DNA from: Myxococcota bacterium
GTDB lineage: Bacteria; Myxococcota_A; UBA9160; SMWR01
Assembly (NCBI GenBank): GCA_030749415.1
Contig: JASMKC010000029.1
Span: 38,827 to 102,826 of the forward strand
Length of the DNA: 64,000 bases
Reading direction: 5' to 3'
A program made the position numbers and the translations under genes. The notes beneath the pieces are model-generated. The model was not told the origin of the DNA. It did no database searches and saw only the letters and a program-made list of their open reading frames with translations. Below, piece by piece: positions 18,662 through 31,324 of the stretch (within the stretch, counting starts at the first letter, position 1; each line of letters opens with the position of its first letter).

Positions 18662-19969
18662 TCATTCGAGCTGTTCCAGTGCAGCGCGAGTCACGCCGAT
18701 GCGGTGGCGTAGCCACCCGGCGATCTGGAAGTTACCACCTCCGTCACGCGCTGCCAGAAGCTCGAGCGCTGCGAGCCGCGCCTCGAGCGCCCCGCGGTGG
18801 TTGGGCTCCGTCACCAGGGCCACCTCCGTCAGGTGGAGGGCGCGCAGCGGCCGTCCGGCCTCCACGTGGGCGCGGGCCCGGACCGCCAGGGGGTTCGCCC
18901 CTCCAGCTAGTTCACCGATCTCGGCGTAGACGGCCTCCGGCGGTACGCCGTAGAGCTCCGTCGTCGACTCGTAACGGAACCAGCCCGTGTGCGCCTCCCA
19001 GATTGCGCGCACGCCCCAGGGCACGCGTCCGTACTCCTGGCTCACTTCGAGCTCAGGTGGCAGGCGCACCTCCTCCATGAGCGTCCACAGGTCTTTGCCC
19101 TCGTTCATTCCCGCCACGGTTGCGTCGTGAACGTGTCGGATCGCTGCCGCCGTCCGGTCGAGGAGGGCGTCGATCTTCTTCTTGCCCACGACAGGGTCGA
19201 AGTGACCCGGCAGGAGGATGCTCGCTTCCAGGGACCGGATCCGATCGATGGATTCGAGCATCGGAGTGACGAGGCGCAGGTTTTCTCCACGCAGCGTGAA
19301 CAAGTTGGGAAAGGATGCGACCGTAGGTCCGAGCAGGTCTCCGGTGAACACCGTGCGCCGGTCGGGCAGCCATACGGAGACACCGTCTGGACCTTCGCCG
19401 CCTGGTGTCGAGATCACTTCGAAGCGCACCCCCCCGAGTTCGAACTCGTACACGTCGTCTACGATGACGTCGGGCGCGATCTCGGGGTAACCCACCGCGT
19501 CCGCACCCGAGGGCATGACCGCCGCCCACAGTACCTGCGCCCGTCGGTTCCGGAAGCTTTCGAAGCGTATCTGATCGCGGTTGCGCTCGATGAAGGCGCG
19601 GTGGGCGATCACCGGTATGCCATCTCCGCGCCACAGCGGGGTGCCGCCGATGTGGTCCGCGTGGGCGTGGGTCAATACGATGGCCCGAAGCGGCGGGGAG
19701 CCGGCCGCCTCGAGCAGAAGTTTTCGCGTGCGTTGCGCCTGGACACCGAGCCCGGTGTCGATCAGCACGGCGCCTTCCGGCGTCTTGACGAGATAGGCGT
19801 TCGAGTTGCCCGAAACGAGCCAGGTGCCGTCGGCTACCAGGCGTGCCTCCAGGTCGCCGCCGCGTGAAAGGAGCTGGGAGACGCTCTCTTTGTCCCCGTC
19901 CCCGGCCGCGGCAGCGGCCGGCGATCCGAGGAACGCGAGGGTTGCCAGGGCCAGGATGCTGCGCCGCAT
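18662..19969 (-). CDS. secreted MBL-fold hydrolase, alkyl-sulfatase-like
   Basis: Signal peptide; THAHADH, FPNLFTLRG, PGH, YGRVPWGVRAIWEAHTGWF (SdsA-type dimerisation region). Confidence 0.85.
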   Translation of the reverse strand: MRRSILALATLAFLGSPAAAAAGDGDKESVSQLLSRGGDLEARLVADGTWLVSGNSNAYLVKTPEGAVLIDTGLGVQAQRTRKLLLEAAGSPPLRAIVLTHAHADHIGGTPLWRGDGIPVIAHRAFIERNRDQIRFESFRNRRAQVLWAAVMPSGADAVGYPEIAPDVIVDDVYEFELGGVRFEVISTPGGEGPDGVSVWLPDRRTVFTGDLLGPTVASFPNLFTLRGENLRLVTPMLESIDRIRSLEASILLPGHFDPVVGKKKIDALLDRTAAAIRHVHDATVAGMNEGKDLWTLMEEVRLPPELEVSQEYGRVPWGVRAIWEAHTGWFRYESTTELYGVPPEAVYAEIGELAGGANPLAVRARAHVEAGRPLRALHLTEVALVTEPNHRGALEARLAALELLAARDGGGNFQIAGWLRHRIGVTRAALEQLE

Positions 19970-20040
19970 GAATACCTCCCGTAGTGCGGGGCATTCTACG
20001 CCCGGCGGCCGCTTCGCGGGCCGGCGGCTATGCTCGCGGC

Positions 20041-22368
20041 ATGGCGCGGGGTTCGGGCGGTGTGGGCCCGCTGCGGGGGGTGGTCGCCGGGGCCGCGCTG
20101 GTGCTCGCGCCCTGGGTCTGGCGATCCGTGGCCATCGCCGAAAGCCCCGGGGCTTTCGGCACCGGGGATCTGCGGGGCTACGCCGCCGACGCGGCCGTCT
20201 CCCTCGCGGTGCTGGGGCTGCTGTGGAGCCTCGCCCGCTTTGCGCGTTGGCTCGCGGTCCTGCTCGCCGGGTTGCTGGCCGTGGGCTACTACGCCAACTA
20301 CGAGACCATTGCGGCGCTGGGCACGGTCGCGTCGCCGCTCGACGTCGGGTTCCTGGTGGATCCGACGTTCGTCACCGGCTCGGCCCTCCAGGTGCGTCAC
20401 CCCGTCCTGCTCAGCGGGGTCGTGCTGGCCACTTTGGTGCTCGCCTGGGTGGGGCTGCGCGCTGCCGCGTTCTCGGATTCGCTGCTGGCTCTGGCCGGTG
20501 CAGGTCTCGCGATCGGTGCGCTCTCGATGTGGGGCCCCAATCCGGCTCATGCGACCTGGCGCCAGGCCAACGCGATCGAGCACAACGTCGAGTGGCTGGT
20601 GCTGCGTCCCAACGACGCCCTCGCGCCCAGCGAAGGCTTTGCGGATCCGGCCCAGGCCGTTCTGGCGGCGGCACCGGAGATTGGTGCGGATCTCGAGGCG
20701 CCCATGCGCTTTTCCTTCGATGGCAGTAGGAAAAATGTCCTGCTCGTCGTGCTCGAGGGCGTCTCCGGAAACTATCTGGCGGCCGCTGCGCGCGAACACA
20801 AGCGCGAGGCGGTGAACAGGATGCGCAACCTCGATCGCGTCTTCGAAGAGAATGTCGGCTACGCCACCTTCTTCAATCACAACCGGCGTACGAACCGCGG
20901 TCTCTACGCCCTGCTCTGTGGCGAATATCCTCGGCTCGTCGCGGGCATGCCGAAGATGACAGTGGCGGCGACGCAGGGTTGGCGGCGCTGTCTCCCGCAG
21001 ATTCTCGTTGACAAGGGCTACCGCACGCTCTTCCTGCAGGCGGCACCGCTGGCGTTCATGCTGAAGGACCGCTTCATGCCGGCAATTGGCTTCCAGGAGG
21101 TTCTCGGTCACGCCGCGCTGACTCGGCATTACCGGCGCACGTTCTGGGGCGTCGATGACCGGGCGTTCTTCGAGCAGGCGCTCGAGCGCCTGGAAGCGCT
21201 CGACGAGGAAGGTGAGCCCTGGTTCGCGACGCTGCTCACCGTGGGAAGTCACCATCCCTACGTGATCCCCGAGAAATTCGAACACCCGGACCTGCCGGAC
21301 TTCCGCAATGCCTTCGCCTATCTCGATTTTGCCACTGGACGCTTCCTGAAGGCCCTGGAGTCGCGCGGGTTGCGGGAGGACACGCTGGTGATCCTGACCT
21401 CGGACGAATCGGCAGGCGACCTGGGGCAGGTGGCGGATGCGACGGCCGGTCGCGTCAGTGAGAGCTGGGGGTTCATGATCCTGCTGCTGCCGGAACGCAC
21501 TCAGCTCGTCGTCACCGAGCCCTTTGCGCAGAGCGACCTCGCGCTCTCGATTCTCGACTATCTCGGTTTTGCGGAGAATGGCCGGCATTTCTTCGGACGC
21601 AGCATTTTTCGCCGCTACGACCGGGGGCGCTCCATCTTCTTTGGAAACGTGAATCACCGGACGATTGGCGGGATTTCACCCGATGGTTCGCTGCTCCTGT
21701 GCGAATACGAGGGGCACCGCTGTCGGCGCTTCGCGATCGAAGACGGGCATTATTTCGGCGAGCGCCTGAAGCCCGTTCGCGGGGGGGAGCGCTTCGCCGA
21801 CAAGGTGCGTGCGGTCGCGCGTCGCAGCGTGCCGCCGAGCAGTGATGCTCCGCTCGCGCTACCGCTGGTGACGCAGCCGCTCTTTCCGGTACGAAACGCG
21901 GAGTGGCAGATGGTGCAGGGCATCTCCCAGCTGGCGCTCGAACCCCACGAGTGGATCGAGGTCGCCTTCGAGGTCGAGGCCCGGGGTCGAGGCAGCGCGG
22001 AGCTGCGTCACGAGCTGCGGCTGTCGAAGAAGCGCGGCCTGATCCGCACCGAGACGCAGATCGATGCCGGGCAGTGGCTCGTCCTTCGCTACCGGTTTGC
22101 CTCGGATCTTCCCGTGCCCCAGGCACGGCTCCAGACGATGGCGCGTATGAAAGGCGAGGGCTTCGTCGATCTGGTCTTCCACGAGCGTCGCTTCGCCCTG
22201 CGGCGCAGCGGCGAGCGGCCGCCCGAGGGCATCGAAGTCGAGCGCTACGAACTCGATCCTCCCAGTGAGAGCGAAACCGCTCTCGATCTCGAGGTAGTGC
22301 CGGTGGAGCGCTGGGCCGACTTTTTGCGGGGGCGCAACGCCGAGAGGATCAGCGCCTCAGACTCGTGA
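20041..22368 (+). CDS. LTA synthase-like / sulfatase-fold membrane protein, paralogue 1
   Basis: About 5 N-terminal TMs; NVLLVVLEG, RRTNRGLYALLCG, WGVDD, LTVGSHHPY, TSDES; about 200-aa C-terminal extension. Confidence 0.82.
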   Translation: MARGSGGVGPLRGVVAGAALVLAPWVWRSVAIAESPGAFGTGDLRGYAADAAVSLAVLGLLWSLARFARWLAVLLAGLLAVGYYANYETIAALGTVASPLDVGFLVDPTFVTGSALQVRHPVLLSGVVLATLVLAWVGLRAAAFSDSLLALAGAGLAIGALSMWGPNPAHATWRQANAIEHNVEWLVLRPNDALAPSEGFADPAQAVLAAAPEIGADLEAPMRFSFDGSRKNVLLVVLEGVSGNYLAAAAREHKREAVNRMRNLDRVFEENVGYATFFNHNRRTNRGLYALLCGEYPRLVAGMPKMTVAATQGWRRCLPQILVDKGYRTLFLQAAPLAFMLKDRFMPAIGFQEVLGHAALTRHYRRTFWGVDDRAFFEQALERLEALDEEGEPWFATLLTVGSHHPYVIPEKFEHPDLPDFRNAFAYLDFATGRFLKALESRGLREDTLVILTSDESAGDLGQVADATAGRVSESWGFMILLLPERTQLVVTEPFAQSDLALSILDYLGFAENGRHFFGRSIFRRYDRGRSIFFGNVNHRTIGGISPDGSLLLCEYEGHRCRRFAIEDGHYFGERLKPVRGGERFADKVRAVARRSVPPSSDAPLALPLVTQPLFPVRNAEWQMVQGISQLALEPHEWIEVAFEVEARGRGSAELRHELRLSKKRGLIRTETQIDAGQWLVLRYRFASDLPVPQARLQTMARMKGEGFVDLVFHERRFALRRSGERPPEGIEVERYELDPPSESETALDLEVVPVERWADFLRGRNAERISASDS

Positions 22369-22812
22369 CTCGGGCCAGATCGATGCCACGAGCTTCGCGT
22401 CGGGGCTTTCGACGCATAGACGGGTGAGGCGCGAACTGGAGATGCGCCAGCGTCCATCCTCGCCGCGGCGGTATTCCTCGTGGTAATGCCCCCAGCCGTC
22501 GAGTTCGAAGCCGTCACCGCGCAGACGGTCGAACATGGCCCAGATTCCCGATGCGGTGTCGGCTCCCGTGAACTCGATCTCGGGCATATGACCGTGGTGC
22601 ACCGTATTGAGGTGCTGGACTCCGCGCTTCACGTAGGCCACGATCTCGTTGCGGCCGGTTACCACACCGTCTTCGACCGGCCCGTTGGCGAGTGCACAGT
22701 CCTCGGTGAACACCTCACCGAATTCTTTCCACTGCTTGGTGTCGAGCGTGCGAAAGTAGCGCGCCTTGAGTTGTCTGATCTCCTCGAGGTCCGCGAGTCG
22801 CGACGGATCCAT
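22357..22812 (-). CDS. SnoaL-like protein (BaiE / bile-acid 7-alpha dehydratase-like)
   Basis: EEIRQLKARYFRTLDTKQW, TVHHGHMPEI, ASGIWAMFD, GWGHYHEEY; ATG 22812. Confidence 0.87.
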   Translation of the reverse strand: MDPSRLADLEEIRQLKARYFRTLDTKQWKEFGEVFTEDCALANGPVEDGVVTGRNEIVAYVKRGVQHLNTVHHGHMPEIEFTGADTASGIWAMFDRLRGDGFELDGWGHYHEEYRRGEDGRWRISSSRLTRLCVESPDAKLVASIWPESRV

Positions 22813-22849
22813 GGCTTCCTCCCCAGTTTCGATGATACCCTGGCTTGGG

Positions 22850-24022
22850 ATGTCGGTGACGTCGCGACGGGTTCTTCTGGTGATCTTCGCGCTCCTCGCC
22901 GGTATGGCCGCACTGCTTGCAGCCCTGCTTCCCGGCGCGATCGAGGCGGGAATGAACCGCGTGCGGCCCCACGAGCTCCCGGCCGTGGGGGCGGTCGCCC
23001 GGGATCTCCACACCTCCGTGCCGGTGGCGGACCTCCATGCCGATTCGCTGTTGTGGACACGCGACCTGCTCGAGCGCGCAAGCCGCGGGCATCTGGACGT
23101 GCCGCGAATGATCGAGGGCGGCATGGCGCTTCAGGTCTTCACGGCTGCGACGGTGGCGCCGATGGGACAGAACTACGAGGGAAACGAGCGCGGCCTCGAT
23201 CCCCTGACTGCGTTGGTCGTGGTTCAGCGCTGGCCGCTTCGCACCTGGCTGAGTCCCATGGAACGCGCCATGTATCAGGCCGAGAAGCTGGCCGACCTGG
23301 AGCGGCGGGCCGGCGGTCGATTTCGGTTGATCCGGAACCGCGGGGATTTGCAAGGGCTGCTCGCAGAGCGCGCCGGCGGTGAGTCGGTCGTGGGCGGAAT
23401 CTTCGGCATCGAGGGGGGGCACGCACTGGAGGGGGATTTGTCGAACCTGGAGCGGCTCGATGCTGCGGGTCTCCGCGTGGTCGGGCTCACCCATTTCTTC
23501 GACAATCGTCTGGGCGGCTCGCTTCACGGCATGAGTCGTGACGGGCTGACGGATTTTGGGCGGCGGGTGGTCGTGGAGGCGGTACGGCGCGGCATGATCG
23601 TCGACGTTGCCCACGCGTCGCCCGCCATGGTTCGCGAGGTACTGGCGATCTCGGATCGCCCGGTGATCCTCTCCCACGGTGGGTTTCGCGGTGCCTGCGA
23701 CACGGCGCGAAACCTGGATGACGACCTGATGCGCGAGATCGCGGCGCATGGCGGCCTCGTCGGCGTCGGGTTCTGGGACGGCGCGGTATGTGACATCACG
23801 CCTGAAGGCGTGGTGCGGTCGCTGCGCTACGGCATCGATCTGATGGGAGTCGACCACGTGGCATTGGGCTCCGACTGGGACGGGGGCACGGAGGTTTCCT
23901 TCGACGCCGGCGAACTCCCAGCCCTCACCCAGGCCATGCTCGATGCAGGCTTCTCGGCGGAAGAAATCCGCAAGGTGCTCGGCGGTAATGCCGTGCGATT
24001 CCTGCTCGAGAATCTCCCCTGA
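22850..24022 (+). CDS. membrane dipeptidase (peptidase M19)
   Basis: N-terminal TM; DLHAD, GIEG, DVAH, SHGG, RNLDD, LGSDWDG. Confidence 0.9.
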   Translation: MSVTSRRVLLVIFALLAGMAALLAALLPGAIEAGMNRVRPHELPAVGAVARDLHTSVPVADLHADSLLWTRDLLERASRGHLDVPRMIEGGMALQVFTAATVAPMGQNYEGNERGLDPLTALVVVQRWPLRTWLSPMERAMYQAEKLADLERRAGGRFRLIRNRGDLQGLLAERAGGESVVGGIFGIEGGHALEGDLSNLERLDAAGLRVVGLTHFFDNRLGGSLHGMSRDGLTDFGRRVVVEAVRRGMIVDVAHASPAMVREVLAISDRPVILSHGGFRGACDTARNLDDDLMREIAAHGGLVGVGFWDGAVCDITPEGVVRSLRYGIDLMGVDHVALGSDWDGGTEVSFDAGELPALTQAMLDAGFSAEEIRKVLGGNAVRFLLENLP

Positions 24023-25646
24023 GCATGCTGCGGCGGACCTGCCCGAGGGCAGCAGGGGAGCATGGAGGCGGGCATCGCGAAGCCACCTCGATGGGTATGC
24101 CGCGGACTGCATCTCCGAGATCCTGAAGAATTTTCCAGCGCGGGCGGTGAGCGACAGATCCGCGTCGGCGAGCATTCCCGTCCTGCGCCCGCCTTCACCG
24201 CGGGGAACGCGCCGCGGCCCTCGATCGGTGATGCTCCATGGTTAGGGGGTTGGCGACGGCCCCGATCCGCGCGGCTGGGATGCGATTCGAGTCCGGCTAA
24301 GCTCCGCGATTGAGCCGGGAGCCGCCGTGTCGCCGCTGCGTGCCGAAATCCGCAAGATGATCTCGCTCGGCGCGCCCGTCGCGGCCGCACAGCTCAGCAC
24401 GATGCTGCTCGGTCTGGTCGATACGCTGATGGTCGCGCGTGTCAGCGTTGATGCCATGGCGGCCGCTGCGCTCGCGAACGTCTGGATCTTCGGAACGTTG
24501 ATGTTCGCCAGCGGTGTGCTCTTCGGGCTGGATCCCATCGTCACGCGTGCGCACGGCGCCCGGGACGGCGGACGCTCGGCGCTGGCGCTTCAGACGGGTG
24601 TCGGCGTGGCGTTGTTGCTGAGCCTGGGGGTGGCCGCGCTGTGGACCGAGAGCGAGCGGTTTCTGCTGCTCACCGGTCAAGAACCGGAGCTCGCGCGCAT
24701 GGCGCACTCCTACACCCAGATGCAGATACCCGGGATTCCCTTCTTCCTGGTGTACGCGGTGCTGCGGCAGTACCTACAGGCGCGGGAGCACATGCGCCCG
24801 GCGCTCTGGGTGATCCTCGTCGCGAACGTCGTGAACATCTTTGCGAACTGGACACTCATCTTCGGGCATCTCGGCGCCCCCGCCCTCGGTCTCGAGGGGG
24901 CGGGTCTCGCCACTGCCCTCACGCGATCCTTCTCGTGTCTGGGGCTCGTTCTCTACGTGCGCGTCTTCCGGCTCCACGATGGAGCGTGGTTGCCGTGGAC
25001 GTGGGAAGCGTTTCGTCCCCACCGGCTCCGCGAGCTGGCGAGTTACGGCATCCCCATCGCAGTGCAGATCTCGCTCGAGATGTGGGCCTTCATGGGCGCT
25101 GCGCTGATCGCCGGCCGCCTCGGTGCGGTGGCGCTCGCCGCGCACACCATTGCCATGAACATGGCGTCGCTCTCGTTCATGTTGCCGCTCGGGGTTGCCC
25201 AGGGGGCCACCACGCGCGTCGGAAACCTGCTCGGCGCGGGAAGGCCCGCGGCAGCCCAGCGCGCCGCCTGGGTTTCGATGGCATTGGGTGCCGGAGTGAT
25301 GAGCCTGGCCGCTTTGTGCTTCGTGGTCTTTCGCATGGCGCTGCCTCGGCTGTACACGGGCGATGGGGCGGTGATCGGTCTGGCGGCCTCGATCCTCCCC
25401 ATCGCGGCGGCCTTCCAGATCTTCGACGGTACCCAGGTGGTCGCGTGCGGCGTGCTGCGCGGGATGGGCCGGGTGCGGCCGGCCGCGGTCTTGAACTTCG
25501 TGGGCTACTGGCTGCTGGCGCTGCCGATCGGCGGCTGGCTGGCGCTGCGCGGTGGCTGGGGCCTGCCGGGGCTCTGGTGGGCGCTCTGCGGGGGACTGGG
25601 ATTCGTGGCGTTGCTGCTCGTGCTCTACATCCGCCTGCGCGGGCCT

Positions 25647-27313
<1,667 letters not shown>

Positions 27314-27317
<4 letters not shown>

Positions 27318-27763
27318 CCGGTGGCGGCGACCTCCTCTGCTGGTCGCCACTTCCACATCAGGTACTCGTGCTCGTCGTCCTCGTAGAGTGTGCCGAGCAC
27401 GAGTTCCATTTCCTGCCCCAGAAACAAATCGGACGCCTCGAAGCCATCGGCGAGCTGGCCGAGCACGACCATCTTCTCCTCATCGAGTTCCACGGCGACC
27501 ACGGCGTACGGTTCGAAGGGGTCGGGAGTCATATAAGGAGCCGGCGGCGCGTAGTTCCCGGTGGTCCAGGACCAGACGCGGCCGTGCCGGGAGAGTTCGA
27601 CGGCTTCGCGCTCCTCGAAGGGCGCGGCCGGGTCCGCCGAGATTGCGCCGGTCGGCGGGAAGAAGACGCTGCCGGTCTCCTTGCCGCGCATCCCGATCAG
27701 GCACGGCTCGGCCTCGTTCATCGTGAACCATCCCTCGACGGCCGGCTTGCGCGGCTTCGACAT
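27314..27763 (-). CDS. DUF35-type OB-fold protein (Zn-ribbon cysteines absent)
   Basis: FFPP..LSRHGRVWSWT..Y.PP.PY..PYAVVAVEL..VLGQ..GQEMELV..WKWRP; ATG 27763 with GGAGGAG RBS. Confidence 0.82.
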
Positions 27764-27910
27764 CGGCTGCTCCTCCGCCGGCAGGGAGCCGGACAGGGCG
27801 ATTGTAGCGCGACCCGTGCTTGTCTGGCCCTGCGTTTCGAGCCTCGGGTCCAGCTGCGCTGGCATGGAAGCGTTGCTCCAGGCCCTCGAAGCTGACAAGC
27901 TACGGGTTTC

Positions 27911-28660
27911 ATGGGTGCCCCGGTCCACTTCGACTTCTCGACCCGGCGCGTGCTTGTGACCGGCGGTTCGCGCGGTATCGGTCACGGCATCGCCCGCGCA
28001 TTCGCAGATGCCGGTGCGCAAGTGACCATCACGGGGCGGAAGGCCTCGCCGAGCGAGTACGAGGCGGACCTCTCCGACTTCGAATATCGCCAGCTCGAGA
28101 TGACGGACCGGGCGGCACTCGATGCGTTCGCCACGGAAATCGACGCCCTCGACGTGCTGGTGAACAACGCCGGTGGAAGCTTTCCCGGCGGCCGCAACGA
28201 GTGGGAGCCGGATGTTTTCGAAGAGGCCGTTGCGATGCATCTCTCGAGCGGCTTCCGGCTGGCCGTGGGCGTCAAGGAGAAGCTCTCGCGCAGCGGCATC
28301 GAGGGCGGCGGCAGCGTTCTCAACATGGCATCCATGTCCGCATACTTCGCGGTGACGGTGGTGCCGGGCTACGGGGCGGGGAAGGCCGCCGTCGTCCAGA
28401 TGACGAAGAATCTGGCCGTTGCCTGGGCGCGGGACAATGTGCGGGTCAACGCCGTCGCGCCAGGGCTCATCCTGACGGACATGACATCGGTCATGAAGGG
28501 CGTCGAGGAACTCGAGGGCAAGGAGATCTCCCGGACTCCCATGGCGCGCTGGGGAACACCCGGGGACGTCGCACCGGCATATCTCTTCCTCGCGAGTCCG
28601 GCCGCGCGCTTCATCACCGGGCAGACGCTGAACGTCGACGGCGGCTATTCGGTGGCGTGA
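27911..28660 (+). CDS. SDR family oxidoreductase
   Basis: TGGSRGIG, NNAG, YGAGK, VDGGY. Confidence 0.93.
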   Translation: MGAPVHFDFSTRRVLVTGGSRGIGHGIARAFADAGAQVTITGRKASPSEYEADLSDFEYRQLEMTDRAALDAFATEIDALDVLVNNAGGSFPGGRNEWEPDVFEEAVAMHLSSGFRLAVGVKEKLSRSGIEGGGSVLNMASMSAYFAVTVVPGYGAGKAAVVQMTKNLAVAWARDNVRVNAVAPGLILTDMTSVMKGVEELEGKEISRTPMARWGTPGDVAPAYLFLASPAARFITGQTLNVDGGYSVA

Positions 28661-28726
28661 GTCCGTCTCGGTGGCGGTCGGGCGCCGCGCGACCCCCGGC
28701 TGCGGGAAGCCGGATCCAACGGAGTG

Positions 28727-29743
28727 TCAGAGCGTGAAGTCGTCGGGCACCGGTTGTAGCTGGAAGACCCGGCGCGGCATGCCGAAGCGTGTGGCCGCCT
28801 CAGCGCCGCGCCCGTCGACCTCGAGAATGCGGAAACGGTTGCCGTCGGCAATCAGGTGCGTGCCGTAGGGCGTCTGCAGCGCGTCCTGCGTCCAGCGGAT
28901 CAGGCGCGGGACGCGCCGGTTTGCACCGTAGATCTCGCCGCAGGCTGAGAAGTTCCGGTCGTAGAGCTGGACGAAGCCGTCCCGTGTATTCGAGACCATG
29001 TAGCCGTCCGGCGTCCCGCGCACGTGGTGGGGGCCGTTGAGTCCCGAGGCCACCACGTCGTGGTCGAGGCTCTTGCGGTCGATGCGGACGATCGTCCCCT
29101 GGTAGAAGAGCACTGCGAGCACCTTCGAGGCGTCGTGGGGATCGACGATCGCCGAATTCAGGTGCGTCGTCTGGGCGTGGCTCGGGTAACAGCGGCAGCG
29201 ATGGTCGATGCCGGGCTCGATTTTGCGCCGCTCGCCCGACTTGAGGCTGTCGTAGCCGTGGTCGGTTGCCCACCAGGACCAGAGCAGGTTTCCGGTGAAA
29301 TCGACCTCGAGGATCGCGTCGACTCCACTCGATGTGATCAGCAGCCCATGCTCGGTGCGCTGCACCGTGCGTGGCAGGTTGAACAAAGGGCTGCGGATTT
29401 CGAGATCGATCTCACCCGATGGATTCCTGCGGGCTACATGCTCGTCGCCGGGAACGCCGTCTTCGGAGCAGATCGGTCCGGTCAGGAAGTAGAGCCCCTC
29501 GCCCGGGACGTGGTTCATGCCAAAGGGTTTGACGCAGTCGATCGAGCCGAGTTGCCGGATGTCGCCGAAGTCCTGGCCGCGCTCGAAGAGCGCGATTTCG
29601 CCGCCCGGATCCCCGGCGAAGACGTCGCTCATGCGCGCGAGGAGGAGCTTTTGCACCCAGGGGTTTCGGCCCTGGATGATGCGGTTCAGCCGGAAAGCAC
29701 CGTAGCGCCAGGTCGTCTGGGCGTAGGAGGCCAGGAACTTCAC
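28727..29743 (-). CDS. beta-propeller protein, arylsulfotransferase(ASST)-like
   Basis: Blade-like repeats; ILEVD..GNLLWSW, THLNS and GPHH resemble ASST His motifs; no signal peptide. Confidence 0.55.
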   Translation of the reverse strand: MKFLASYAQTTWRYGAFRLNRIIQGRNPWVQKLLLARMSDVFAGDPGGEIALFERGQDFGDIRQLGSIDCVKPFGMNHVPGEGLYFLTGPICSEDGVPGDEHVARRNPSGEIDLEIRSPLFNLPRTVQRTEHGLLITSSGVDAILEVDFTGNLLWSWWATDHGYDSLKSGERRKIEPGIDHRCRCYPSHAQTTHLNSAIVDPHDASKVLAVLFYQGTIVRIDRKSLDHDVVASGLNGPHHVRGTPDGYMVSNTRDGFVQLYDRNFSACGEIYGANRRVPRLIRWTQDALQTPYGTHLIADGNRFRILEVDGRGAEAATRFGMPRRVFQLQPVPDDFTL

Positions 29744-29756
29744 ATCAGCTCGGTTG

Positions 29757-30389
29757 TCAGAAGCGGTACTGCACGCCGAATTGAATCGGGATGTAGAAGA
29801 GGTTCTTCAGGTCGCCGCCTGTCGAGTTGTCGATTTTGGTCGTGCTGAAGGCAGCCTGGATGCCGACGGTCAGGAGCCAGTTCTCGGTGAGGTAGGCATC
29901 GAGCCCGGCGCCGATGCGGCCGCCAAAGCCGACGCTGGTGTCGTCGAGACCCGCAGTGGGCGTGCCGGTGGTGACCGTCGCCTTGGTTTTCTTTGCCTGC
30001 CAGATCGAGACGCCGACTCCGAGCAGGCCGTAGGGCTGCCAGCGGCCCCAGCCGGGATAGAGGAACTTGCCGTTGACGCTGATGAGGTTCGAGCGCAGCT
30101 TGACGATGTTTCCGTCTGCGCTCGTCCGGTTGCCGAAGCCCTCGATCCACTCGTACTCGAGTTCGGCTCCGAACCAGGAGTTCACCCGGTAGCCGCCTTG
30201 CAGGTTGAAGCCGCCGGAGTCGCTGCTGCGCACGGTGGGTCCGCCGGCGAGGTCTTCGTCGAAGTCGCCGGGGAACCAGTGGAATGCGTAGGTGCCCCCC
30301 GCGCCCAGGTAGAAGCCGGGTCGCGCGTAGTCCTGCGCTTCGGCGAGCGCCGGGGCGAGCAGCGCGATCAGGGCAAGTGCGAGTCGCAT
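29757..30389 (-). CDS. outer membrane beta-barrel protein (OmpA-like transmembrane domain)
   Basis: Signal peptide, amphipathic strands (GFYLGAGG, GYR..FGAELEY, QPYGLLGVG), C-terminal GVQYRF; ATG 30389. Confidence 0.88.
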   Translation of the reverse strand: MRLALALIALLAPALAEAQDYARPGFYLGAGGTYAFHWFPGDFDEDLAGGPTVRSSDSGGFNLQGGYRVNSWFGAELEYEWIEGFGNRTSADGNIVKLRSNLISVNGKFLYPGWGRWQPYGLLGVGVSIWQAKKTKATVTTGTPTAGLDDTSVGFGGRIGAGLDAYLTENWLLTVGIQAAFSTTKIDNSTGGDLKNLFYIPIQFGVQYRF

Positions 30390-30446
30390 GGGTGACCTTT
30401 CGGCGCAGCGGAGGCGGCAGGCTAGCACGCTGTAGACTGGAGGGCC

Positions 30447-31247
30447 GTGTCGCACCGGAGCCGTTTTGCCGCGTTGTTTCTCGCTGTTTGGCTCGTCGCG
30501 TCCGGCGTGCTCGCCGAGGGGCCAGACCCTGCATCGCTGCGCGCCGTCGACCTCAGCCACTCCTTCGATGAGCGCACGCTCTACTGGCCCACGGCGCCGT
30601 CGCGCTTCTCACTCGAGCAACTCGCGTCGGGTGTGACCGAAGGCGGCTGGTTCTACGCGGCGAATCGCTTCGCGGCGCCCGAGCACGGTGGCACCCATCT
30701 CGATGCCCCCCTGCACTTCGCGCAGGGGCGATGGTCGGTCGACGAGATACCCGTGGCGCGCCTCGTGGCAGCGGCGGTCGTGATCGATGTCGCGAAAGAG
30801 GCGGCCGAGGCGCCGGAGTACGCCCTCACGCTCGATCGAGTGCGTGCCTTCGAGGCGCGTCATGGCGCCATAGCGGCTGAGAGTGTCGTGCTTCTGCATA
30901 CGGGTTGGGATCGCTTCTGGCCGGCCGCCGCCGCCTATCTCGGTGACGATACGCCGGGAGACGCTTCGAAGCTGCGCTTCCCGAGCTTCGGCACCGAGGC
31001 CGCACGCTTCCTGGTGGAGAAGCGTGGCGTCGCCGGGCTCGGGGTCGATACCGCATCGATCGATGTGGGCTCGTCGTCAGACTTTCCCGTGCACCGGATT
31101 GCCGCGACCCGAGACGTCTACGGCCTCGAGAATCTCACGTCGCTCGGGGCCCTTCCGCCGGTGGGGGCCACGCTCGTGGCCCTCCCCATGAAGATCGGAG
31201 GCGGGACGGGTGCGCCCGTCCGCGCCGTTGCCCTGATCCCGGAATAG
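30447..31247 (+). CDS. cyclase family protein (kynurenine formamidase-like), secreted
   Basis: VDLSH, EHGGTHLDAPLHF, GVDTASID, GLENL, GGTGAPVRAVA; signal peptide. Confidence 0.9.
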   Translation: MSHRSRFAALFLAVWLVASGVLAEGPDPASLRAVDLSHSFDERTLYWPTAPSRFSLEQLASGVTEGGWFYAANRFAAPEHGGTHLDAPLHFAQGRWSVDEIPVARLVAAAVVIDVAKEAAEAPEYALTLDRVRAFEARHGAIAAESVVLLHTGWDRFWPAAAAYLGDDTPGDASKLRFPSFGTEAARFLVEKRGVAGLGVDTASIDVGSSSDFPVHRIAATRDVYGLENLTSLGALPPVGATLVALPMKIGGGTGAPVRAVALIPE

Positions 31248-31324
31248 ATCTGCCAGCGCTCCGCACCGATGGACGGGCTGAGCCAGGCGCGCCCGGCCGC
31301 AGGTTCCGGCTCGGGTTCGAGGAA

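Noticed and set aside
24023-24326. Short ORFs or ncRNA in the dipeptidase-MATE gap
   Set aside because: No recognisable motif, RBS or convincing structure.
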